From positions 51,336,001-51,400,000 of the forward strand of contig NC_047017.1 in NCBI RefSeq assembly GCF_902652985.1: 64,000 nt of DNA, given 5' to 3'. The first letter of the stretch is position 1, and every line of letters starts with the position of its first letter. A program made the position numbers and the translations under genes. Below, piece by piece: positions 1 to 11,317 of this stretch. The stretch is from Pecten maximus. Its lineage: Eukaryota. A model generated the notes under the pieces. The model had not been told where the DNA came from and searched no databases. It saw only the letters and a program-made list of their open reading frames with translations.

Positions 1-1632
1 CCTGTTAATCTACAGAGACAATGAAACATTCCACTCGACACTGTCACGGGAACGTTACCTGTTAATCTACAGAGACAATGAAACATTCCACTCGACACTG
101 TCACGGGAACATTACCTGTTAATCTACAGAGACAATGAAACATTCCACTCCATACTGTCACGGGAACGTTACCTGTTAATCTACAGAGAGAATGAAACAT
201 TCCACTCGATACTGTCATGGGAACGTTACCTGTTAATCTACAGAGACAATGAAACATTCCACTCAACACTGTCACGGGAACATTACCTGTTAATCTACAG
301 AGAGAATGAAACATTCCACTCAACACTGTCACGGGAACGTTACCTGTTCATCTACAGAGACAATGAAACATTCCACTTGACACTGTCACGGGAACCTTAC
401 CAGTTAATCTACAGAGACAATGAAACATTCCACTTGACACTGTCATGGGAACGTTACCTGTTAATCTACAGAGACAATGAAACATTCCACTTGACACTGT
501 CATGGGAACGTTACCTGTTAATCTACAGAGACAATGAAACATTCCACTCGACACTGTCACGGGAACCTTACCAGTTAATCTACAGAGACAATGAAACATT
601 CCACTTGACACTGTCATGGGAACGTTACCTGTTAATCTACAGAGACAATGAAACATTCCACTCGATACTGTCATGGGAACGTTACCTGTTAATCTACAGA
701 GACAATGAAACATTCCACTCGTCACTGTCACGGGAACCATACCAGTTAATCTACAGAGACAATGAAACATTCCACTCGACACTGTCACGGGAACCTTACC
801 AGTTAATCTACAGAGACAATGAAACATTCCACTCGACACTGTCACGGGAACCTTACCAGTTAATCTACAGAGACAATGAAACATTCCACTCGTCACTGTC
901 ATGGGAACGTTACCTGTTCATCTACAGAGGCAATGAAACATTCCACTCGACACTGTCATGGGAACGTTACCTGTTAATCTACAGAGACAATGAAACATTC
1001 CACTCGACACTGTCATGGGAACGTTACCTGTTAATCTACAGAGAGAATGAAACATTCCACTTGACACTGTCACGGGAACATTACCTGTTAATCTACAGAG
1101 AGAATGAAACATTCCACTCGACACTGTCACGGGAACATTACCTGTTAATCTACAGAGAGAATGAAACATTCCACTCGACACTGTCACGGGAACCTTACCT
1201 GTTCATCTACAGAGAGAATGAAACATTCCACTCAACACTGTCACGGGAACATTACCTGTTAATCTACAGAGGCAATGAAACATTCCACTCGACACTGTCA
1301 TGGGAACGTTACCTGTTAATCTACAGAGACAATGAAACATTCCACTCGACACTGTCACGGGAACGTTACCTGTTAATTTACAGAGACAATGAAACATTCC
1401 ACTCGACACTGTCACGGGAACCTTACCTGTTAATCTACAGAGACAATGAAACATTCCACTCGACACTGTCACGGGAACATTACCTGTTAATCTACAGAGA
1501 CAATGAAACATTCCACTCGACACTGTCACGGGAACATTACCTGTTAATCTACAGAGACAATGAAACGTTCCACTCGACACTGTCACGGGAACGTTACCTG
1601 TTAATCTACAGAGACAACCTTACCTGTTCATC
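1..1632. repeat. 57-bp minisatellite, 28 or more copies, anchored on the BPNT1 exon 3 donor
   Basis: Unit cctgttaatctacagagacaatgaaacattccactcgacactgtcacgggaacgtta; explains the ORFs at 348-1735. Confidence 0.97.
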
Positions 1633-4600
1633 CTTAACATCTTCTAAGAATTTTGGACAGTCATGCTTCAGTACATCCTCACTAAATCCAAGTTCTATAA
1701 AATCGGCTGGAATCTTTTCTGGTCCTAGTTGCTAGTAACAAAAAGACACAGTTTTTAGACAAGTATACTTCATATGAAAATTGTATTCCAAAATACTATG
1801 GAAGTTGGCATGTAATTAAGTATTCAACTCCTTCTGTAGTAATATACAGTTCCGATACCAGTGTACCGTACTAATTGTGTGTCAAAATTGATACCACAAC
1901 AGCCATGGTAAAATTCTTTAACTACATCATCTATATTCATGATTAATGATTTTCCTAATGTAGTGGCATTCATATTGCCTATAAACTGAATCTGAAAATA
2001 GTTTAATAATACTTGTCAGTATGATAATGATTGTGGCTTTAATTTTTGGAGCACATTACTGGAACATCCAGTAGAACTTCAGAAACACCACACGTCCTGC
2101 AGTTGGACAGTTTTCATTATTATTATTCATAACAATTGGATAATTATCATAAAAAAAACAAATTTTCTGATATTTCGTTTAGAAAACCCTTTTATAATTT
2201 ACAATGTCAGTTCTGTATTGTAAATGGAAAATTCCTATTACATGTAGAATTTACATAGTTTTCTTGATAGCTTTGCTGAAATAATAAAACTTTATGTGAA
2301 TGAGACATACACAATTGGTATGATTTAAATTTACATATAAAGTAACCATCTGTTGTCCACCTCCCTTGTGTATCCAGATCACTGTTGTAACGGGAACATT
2401 AGATATTCATGATCAATATATAGCAATTTAAGGACAAACTACTTACTGACAAACTGACTAGCATGAATTCATTGAATTGTTTTTATTGAGATTGCTATTT
2501 CAAGTCAGTTTAATATATAAACACATTTGAGTTACCTCGGTAAATAAACAGCGATGACCATAATGTGTACATCGGGTAAACTTAATTACTGGTAGTAACA
2601 TATTCAGTATTAAACTGAATTAAATACCTCCAGGCCTGACGTCTCTAAGTTACCTAATTGAATATTTGGGAGTGTGACTTTAAAACAGTTATATATTAAT
2701 ATACCTTTAGACCTGATCGATGTATGACCTTGAATACCTGAGGACAAGACCTTTAGACCTGATGTATTACCTTGAATATCTGAGGACAAGACCTTTAGAC
2801 CTGATGCATGACCTTGAATACCTGAGGACAAGACCTTTAGACCTGATGTATTACCTTGAATACCTGAGGACAAGACCTTTAGACCTGATGCATGACCTTG
2901 AATACCTGAGGACAAGACCTTTAGACCTGATGTATTACCTTGAATACCTGAGGACAAGACCTTTAGACCTGATGTATGACCTTGAATACCTGAGGACAAG
3001 ACCTTTAGACCTGATGTATTACCTTGAATACCTGAGGACAAGACCTTTAGACCTGATGTATTACCTTGAATACCTGAGGACAAGACCTTTAGACCTGATG
3101 CATGACCTTGAATACCTGAGGACAAGACCTTTAGACCTGATGCATGACCTTGAATACCTGAGGACAAGACCTTTAGACCTGATGTATGACCTTGAATACC
3201 TGAGAACAAGACCTTTAGAATTGATTGGCTATGTCGCTATATTTTAACAAAGATTTGATATGTTTTGAAAAAGAGGCCCAGGAGCCTGAATAGTTCACCC
3301 CCTTTTCACTAACATTACCTTAAACATTGTAAATCATACAAATATAAGGTAATCAAAGAACCATAAGAAAACAGTAATGAAAGCCTGAGATAAAAATTCA
3401 ACACCACTAATTAAAAATTAGACATGTATTACAGTACACTTCTAATAATAACTCTGTCTCCAGAGGGACTTTTCCCTCTCCCAACCCTAAACCTTCATAA
3501 ATGATAAAATTGTACCTGATTAAATCAGGCATGACTTCATTCAAATTAAGATACTAAAATACCTTCACATTCAGGGTATTGATTAAGGAATTTTTAATTT
3601 TCTCTTTCAGGTCCTTCCCCTCCGCCTCCATCAAGGCCTTGTCAGACTCTATACATACACAATACCCATTTACCCAGGCATGCTCCTCACCAAACTTTGT
3701 CAAAATCCAAGGAATCATTCTAGAATACCTATATGTGGCTTATATATCATACAGGTAAGCCAACTGAGATACCATACCATCTACTAAAACGGGACTAAAT
3801 AGGAAAATGTTCAGAGGAATAGGGAGAGCTCACACAGACAATATTACCAAGCATACTTAAACAGCTGTGAATAAATTAACATGTATTATCACCAAAACTT
3901 AATGTCTGGGTACATTCAAAATATTAATTATTTAGTGATCAATTTCAGGTGGTGGGTTTGTTGAGATTGATCAATGGAACACCTATTGATGTTATAGAAA
4001 ATCAAACAAAGCAATCAAATGAAATCAATTATCATCTGAATTACCTTGACTTGACACGTGACTTTTGGTAGATACATAAACATATACACAGCTATTGTTA
4101 GGGAAAATGTAACATAAATCCACAGTTATGGAAGTGTACATTGCTCTACCTTGGATGATATATCAGGAAATACAAGGATTTATATTGTTTGAAACCCATC
4201 CATGGCTACTAAGAATTTTTTTCTGTAGTATCCTTTTATTAGGCTAATGTTAAACTAAATTGTGGGACTTGTGTATATAGTACACCCTAGGATGATAATT
4301 CCTTGAAAAAAAGTCACAAAACAAACTGTGACACAAAGTCAGCCATTCCTAATGTATATTGTGTACATCTGTCAATTGTTACATTATATAGATAAGTATA
4401 AATTTTGTTAGTAAGATGAGTTACAATTAACATATCACATAATTTTGTTTATCACACCATGAAATATGTTAGTTATGCAATCATGTTAAAGGTGAATTAT
4501 AATACTCCATTTCAGGGTAAATGAAGGAATAGAGAGGGAAGCAACATTAATAAGGAGGTGTTATCACCTACCGTCCAGATGTTCTGTTTTGGTGAAAGAG

Positions 4601-7600
4601 GTGTAGAGATTGTAGGAAAAGCAAAGTGTGGTCTATGAAGTCTCGTTCTATCTAAGACAAAGGTCTCGCCCTGGGAGAGAAGATAACCCAACATCAGACC
4701 AATACTCGTCTCACAAATTTCAGAACCTTATTTTCTGTGAAGTTTTATACACTTTCTGTGTTTGATTATAATGCCTGCTTAACTGTATAATGGTAATACC
4801 AGATATGATGGTCTTACAAATTCAGTTTGAAATCAAAACAGTTTCATGCAATCTGCACATCGAGAGAAATCACAGTAATTTACAGAATCAAGTAAAGTTA
4901 TAAATTAGACAGCTCCTTCTTGCCTTCTACACATAAAGCAGTTTCTGGCTCTTTAATTAAATAATCAATAATTTTGAAAAGAAAAAAATGTCTATTTTAA
5001 CAGTGAAAGTACAAAATATAATGCCGTATATCTACTGAATAGAAAAGTTTAATTCTGCATCTTCAAAACTATAAACACTTATTACCATAGCTAGAGCACC
5101 TTATTGATTTGCCTTCTGGGAAAGGTAATTGCATGGTGCTTCAATAATTTGCCAGGCCTAGTGATATAAACGTATTATCCTTCAGTGTCATGTCCTCGAA
5201 AATGATTCTAAGTCTCAGTTTCAACTAAATGGCATCCAATGAAATCTATAATCAAGAGATTGAACCTCCAACCCTCGAGAAACTGAAGATTGTTTTCTTT
5301 TTAATTAGTGAGCACACAACGTTTTAGTTAAAACGGGATACATTTTACTATTGACTGTACAGTGCCTGTGTTACATCATTTTTTATCTACATGTATTTAA
5401 AAAAACACATTTACTAACAGAGAGTTATACAAGGGTCGGTGGGGAAGGAATAATTATCAAACTATGCCTTGGCCAAAAAAATATTAATTTTCAAACCATC
5501 TACAAATTCTGAAAATTTCTAGATTTAATCTTTAATTATGAATGTGTTCTGAACCTAGCTCTCCCCATTTCTAAGATGACTAATTTTGTTTCTTCACAAG
5601 TGCTTCAGTGTTTCTATATTTGGTAATGTGGCCAAGATTATACACTTAATTAATTAAATTGGGCTGTTCCATGTGTAAAAACTTTTCATATGATGTCTTA
5701 TTCCTATTTCTAGAGACTGACTGTAGCTACTTATAAACTTCTAAAAGCTGAGTTAACCCTTTAAACCCTGATGATGTTTTACCAGGCTAACGCAGATCTA
5801 CCAAGCATGTATGAAATTGGCTAGCTATAACATAATTATGTACACTTTTCCCTCGCATCATTATCACAGCATAATTGTTTATAATTTATTCAAGGCAAGT
5901 TGAGTATATATGTCCCTAAATAACTGAATTACTTGTCAACATTTGCAGTAGGGAGGTTATTTTTTTAGAAGAGCATGGTGTGTATTATACATAGATACAC
6001 ATGTAGCTTCAAAAAAATATTGTGTAACATAATGTTATTGAAAACTTGATAGTATTAAGTGTTAATATATGTGTCACAGATACAGGTAGAATAAAAACAA
6101 TAGAAGTGAAAAACTACAGAAATAATTAAGGATAATGGATACAGAATCCCAAAACTTAAACCAGCAGGGATGAAAATTCTTAACTTGTACCTTCTTAAAA
6201 CTCATTAAAAACAAGTTAAGGGTGTTTGGTATAAAATGCTATATCAAAATTTATATGCATTAATATATACACACCACAGTCTATGTTATTTGTTACTCTT
6301 GAACTTACTTCCTCTCCAAATATAGACACTTTAGGGAACTGCTTGTGGAGAGAGGCCACTATACATCTCTGAGCCGATCTATCAGCTTCTGTTTGAAAAT
6401 CATTCTTGCCCTGTAAAAAAAATAAGCCAGCAAACATTAATCCTATAGTTCACATTTTAATGTTTAATACATGTACATAAAGTTAAGAAAATACCAGACA
6501 TCTTCTCATAAAACTCTCAACATAACCTTGCATGATCTTGGACAAATGACTACAATACTTAGAGAGCGACACACAATAAGATGGATGCATTAACTATATT
6601 TGTAAGACTGATCTTTTCTCTGCTTGTCCATTCGTTCCTCTAAAGACCTTATATATGAAATCTGAGAAAGATCTAACAAGACCCTTTTGAGAAATGGTGA
6701 AAAAATTAACTGTAAAAATCGAACATGGCGGCATGTTTGCCATTTCTTTGTGTTTCCAATCATTCTCAAAAGCAGGCACAATTAGAGACCAAAGGAAACC
6801 TACTTTTGAATCCTGTGGAATATCCATTGTCAACTTTCTGAGATACAGCAATAATTAATTTCAACTGTCAAACTCAAAGATGGCCACCTGGCAGTCATTT
6901 TCGAACTTAATCGGTAGAACTAGGGAACAAAAACTGAAAGGCAGGGGCTTACAAATCGACTCAATTGTCAGCAACAATGAAGAAATGAAGGCTGTGACAG
7001 ACAGAATGGGTGTTGGTATAACGATGTGACACTTTCTAACATTTTTGTATACCAATATACTGTATTGTGTCTTTTTAATCAATTCTGTACTCCATGATCA
7101 TCTCAAAGGTTCCTTCAGTAGTCAGATAAAAGGATATAATCTTTAAGACTAATTTACATACACATGATTATTCATTCCTGAAGAAATATATTAATTGCAC
7201 ACAAAATGTTCTCCAGAATCAGGAAGGAAGATGGACAATGATATGTTGATGTGACCCGACATTGATACACATGTTGCACTAACAACACTCCTACGGAACA
7301 TATATATACTACATATGTATATGCAAAAATATTTGTTAGCTTTAAACATGTTTTAATTAGCAATCTGCAAGGAATAGCAGCTCATAGATACAACAATATT
7401 ACACTTAAAATATAAAAGTTTGACAAGTTCACATTAATAAGACTCTAAGGGGCATTTGTTTTAATCCAAAACAGTTTAACAATAAGGAAATGGTGTTTGA
7501 TTACTATATAATAATTATATATAAAGGTATCTGCCATGAAAAATTTGTATTTGAAAAAATGTGGTTCTTAATATAATATGTATTCTTTGTAAAATCCAGT

Positions 7601-10600
7601 ACACTTCTAAAACTCTTTTTTTTTCAGGAAAATGTAATACAATACTGCAGTTGAATATTGTGAAATTAGATCAAAATTGCCTAAAGTTTATCATACAGGG
7701 AATCTATTGATAAAGCTATGCACGGTATCATCCTTTATCTTCACCCTGATCAGTACATATAATGACCCCAAGTGATAGCACATGCTGCATGCACAGTAGT
7801 GATTTGAAACTGAAAAATTACCTTTCAGACAGCATAAGTGATATGACCTAATCATTCTTGTTCAAAATTTGATAGATACATTTTTTTTTTTAGTTTTAAA
7901 CATTTCAGAAGAATCTGCCACTTAATTTCACACATTCATACAGATTAGCATTATAGGATGAAGAAGAGAACTTATTTTAGAATTATGCTGTTTTGGAATA
8001 TTACTTCAATATTGTGTTTTGCTGTAGTAATACCAGTTAATCAGTTTGTACTAAGCTAAAAGCCTAACAGTACATGCTTACAAACAATACAGACACTTGA
8101 AACTTTTTGGGGACAATATTCGTAAATAAATGAACAATGTACCCAACCTGACAGACTGAATATAATACCAAAGTTATTGAAAATAATTGATGCTTGTTGA
8201 CTGTGCACTCAGCACTTAAAGCGAATCTGAGTGATACACAAGCTAGGAAGCGTAGCTGGCCCATCCCAGTGCCCAACCTGTCGTTGGGAAATGAACCATA
8301 GACATATTATATATACAGTATGTCTCTGACAAAAACCAATAACTTAAAATTTACTCAATTGGTGAATCACTGAATACTCAACTGTGATTCAATGCCTTCC
8401 CTTGGAAGACAACAGAAAAAAATGACCATAAAGGAGTGCATTGTTTTACTTGTTGCGAAATATAATTAAGGATTAACATCAATTATTTTTCCTGTTATAC
8501 AGCTGTCATAACAGAAAAAACTGGAGTGTACTCTAAATAAACCGCAAAGCGGTTTATGAAGAGAGTACACTCCAGTTTTTTATGTTATGACTGTATAACA
8601 GAAAAAATAATTAATGTTAATTCTTATAATTTAATTTCGTCTTATACACACCAAGATATTTCACTTTCTTTGGCGAACTCTTTTCTGTGATAAATTATTA
8701 CGCAACGTCATCAGCCAATCAAAAATGACATTACATTTCGCAACGTCAAAAATTTTGTTATGGAGGTATAACAAAATTATTTAAGCCAATGAAAATGCGT
8801 GTTTCATACAAAATTAAATTATTGAAGTATAAAAGGAACTGTCGGCATTGCTTATATGTAAGGTTAAATAAGGTCTCTGTCACTCAGCTGACGGGGCATG
8901 CTTCTTTGGCTCAGGAGGTAGAGCCGTGGCTTTTCGTGCCGAAGACCCGGGTTCGATTCCTGTCCGGGCACTCAGCCTCAGCAGGAATGTGTTTTTCCCT
9001 GTTCTTTAATTATTGCCAAACAGACCTCTTTGGCCCTGCCCCTCTGGCCCCCAGGGGGTCAGCCCCACCATTTGTACAATTTTGAATTCCTACCCCAAAG
9101 AGATGCTACCAGTCAAACATGAGCGATATCCATTGCTTAGTTTCAGAGAAGAAGTTGTTTATATCAATTTAGCCAAATTGACACCTTTTGGCCCCACCCC
9201 TCAGCCCCCTGAGGGGTCAGCTCCACCATTTGTACAGTTTTAAATCTCCACCTAATAACAAGGCTACCAATTAAATTTTGTTTATTTCCAATCAGCGGCT
9301 TTGAAGAAGAAGTGAATTGTTGATGGACGGACAATTGTAGTATATTAGTACTCCTATACATATATGAGGTCTTATTCCACCTGATTACATTGGTGGATAT
9401 TGCGACCTCATATCCCATCAGCACGTTTTTCTTGTAGCTGCCAGCGCCCTGATTCTGGGGTGCGACAAAAAAGTGTCATAAACCATCTAAAACGATAATT
9501 TATGTTAACAAATATGTGTACGCTTTGCGGCTTACTTGTTGATGAAGTATCAATCCATTTATGCACAAACTGTTGATGAACACCTCTTAAATACTTGTAT
9601 AATTATATCCACAATAATTCACTTGCAACCTACTGTGTTCAAATATTGGGTCACTAAAACAACAACTGCTGTTCCTGTTATAATAAAATACGGAATACAA
9701 ATAAAACGGATAGCGTAACGCAATATTTTCCCAGCGTTTCGTTTGTTTTTCTTTTATTTCAACTCCAAATTTGGATAAACCGGAAATAACCTCGAGAGGT
9801 CACAATCAAAGCAAGTATGGCGGTATATACAAATGGGACCTACGCTTAAACGACAAAAGAGGCTTATAATCACTGATCTTGGATATAGATACGGACACAC
9901 ATTGTGTAACTTTGTGTATTTATGATAGATAAATAGAATAAGGTAGGTCAAATCATATGAAATGTGAGTAAAGATAACTTCTAAACGACTTTAATTAGGT
10001 GGGTCACAGCAACAAGTTTTACGTGCGGTGGTAATTAGAGGTTACACGACAGCCTGTCAAAAGTTTCCTGTCGTGTACACCTCTAATATTATTGGAGTAG
10101 GACAATAGATGATGGACGCCGGATGCCACTAGTATTGCAGGGCTCAAAGTGGCGCCTATTGCCCCCTGTGGCATCTATCATACAGGGAAAAGCTACGTAC
10201 GGTATCAATCATCCTTTATGATCACCCTGATCATTACATATAATGACCCAATGACTCAATTGGTGAATCACTAAATACTCAACACATTATCAAATGCCAA
10301 ATGTGATTAAATGCCTTCCCTTGGAAGACAACAGGGAAAAAAATAAGTAAAGGTCCAAATTATAGTCACTTTTTATTATAGTCGCTTTTTACGAATCATT
10401 TATTGTTTTACTTGCTGCAACATACGTTAGGTTAAATACAGTCTCTGTCACTCAGCTGACAGAGCACGCTTATTTGGCTCAGAAGGTAGAGCTTATCACG
10501 CCGAAGACCCGGGTTCGATTCCTGTCGGAGTACTCGACAGGAATGTTTTCCCCTGTTCCTTCACAGAGATATTCGTCAATAATTACAATAAATATCAATA

Positions 10601-10964
10601 TAATTTAATAATACGTAAAATACACTAAGGTAACAGATATACACAAAATGTACAACGCAAATGATACGAACCGACAGAAACAACATTTTTCATACTTTTA
10701 ATACTGATTGATTTTTCTGTTTCAGTAGAAACATGTGAAAACGCGTCATAGATCAATAACGAGAATGCTTCCGAATTGGGTCACTGCATTCCTTGAGTTC
10801 TGAACCAAGTATCACTTCGATCACTGCAGTATGCTTACCTTTTCAATAATCCCTAAATCTCCTTTTTTCATGACCTCTCTAATAATTTGGCTGGCACGGT
10901 TAGATACTGCCACAGAAGCAGACACAATCCGCATAATAAGCGAGCTACTCATGTTGGATGCCAT
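1624..10964 (-). CDS. BPNT1: 3'(2'),5'-bisphosphate nucleotidase 1, coding exons 1-3 (partial; continues beyond the left edge)
   Basis: Exons 10964-10839 (MASNMSSSLIMRIVSASVAVSNRASQIIREVMKKGDLGIIEK), 6410-6309 (GKNDFQTEADRSAQRCIVASLHKQFPKVSIFGEE) and 1731-1624 (QLGPEKIPADFIELGFSEDVLKHDCPKFLEDVKDEQ). All junctions are GT-AG and phase 0. Matches the BPNT1 N-terminus (GDLGIVEK, DxQTxADR, IxGEE of the inositol monophosphatase family). Confidence 0.93.
2703..3218. repeat. 42-bp minisatellite, about 12 copies (BPNT1 intron 2)
   Basis: Unit acctttagacctgatgtatgaccttgaatacctgaggacaag. Confidence 0.95.
8465..8822. mobile_element. Non-autonomous hairpin-headed element (about 160-bp palindrome plus internal complement of the right end)
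   Basis: Inverted arms around ccgcaaagcgg (about 8542-8552); ataatttaatttcgt (about 8625) pairs with acaaaattaaattat at the right end; absent from the paralogous segment near 10420. Confidence 0.75.
8857..9006 (+). mobile_element. tRNA-derived short repeat (Pol III A/B boxes), with a second copy at 10426-10565
   Basis: TGGCTCAGGAGGTAGAGC...GGGTTCGATTCC; no intact cloverleaf. Confidence 0.7.
9020..9332. mobile_element. Helentron-associated (HINE-like) fragment with about 155-bp internal repeats
   Basis: Two diverged copies of tttggccc..ccctc..gggggtcagc.ccaccatttgtaca...gaagaagt ending in a GACG microsatellite. Confidence 0.6.
9351..10097. mobile_element. Non-autonomous DNA transposon, TA-flanked (Tc1/mariner-type)
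   Basis: Imperfect TIRs TA|CTCCTATACATATATGAGG ... CCTCTAATATTATTGGAG|TA; it splits the GACG tract of the neighbouring element. Confidence 0.55.
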
Positions 10965-11317
10965 CTTGTGTCGTGTGATGCAAGCGTGCCAGTGAGCCAG
11001 AGTATAAACAAAACAAATGTCGTTCAAAACAACACATATCAAAAGATTTAAATCAGATTATAATTTATCTTACTTCAGTAATATTATATTTTTAATAACA
11101 CTTCTTACTTTTTCATAGTTATTATTTTCTATATGTTTATGCAAGTCAAAATAAGTGTTTGAATTTTTACGACATAAATTATTTTCGCGCATGTCAGTGA
11201 ACCATTTCCGCAAATTTGACACGCCACACAAAACCACGAAACTGAAGATGCAGCGTCTGAAAAATCGAGTTGGAGATAAAATGAACTGACGAAAGTATAT
11301 AAAGTTAAGGTCACGGA
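10965..11317. promoter_or_regulatory. Bidirectional promoter region BPNT1/SCYL1
   Basis: Divergent ATGs only 353 bp apart; CpG-containing; NRF1-like CGCGCATG near 11186. Confidence 0.7.

Noticed and set aside
348-1735. Long ORFs (452 aa and others) with 19-aa periodicity
   Set aside because: Translations of a 57-bp intronic minisatellite; a stop-free unit divisible by 3 yields ORFs on both strands.
2610-3247. 199-aa and 175-aa repetitive ORFs
   Set aside because: Products of the 42-bp repeat, with no gene context.
8899-8970. Functional tRNA gene (also about 10470, 13250, 27640, 59950)
   Set aside because: A/B boxes are present but acceptor and anticodon stems do not pair properly; treated as repeat-derived.
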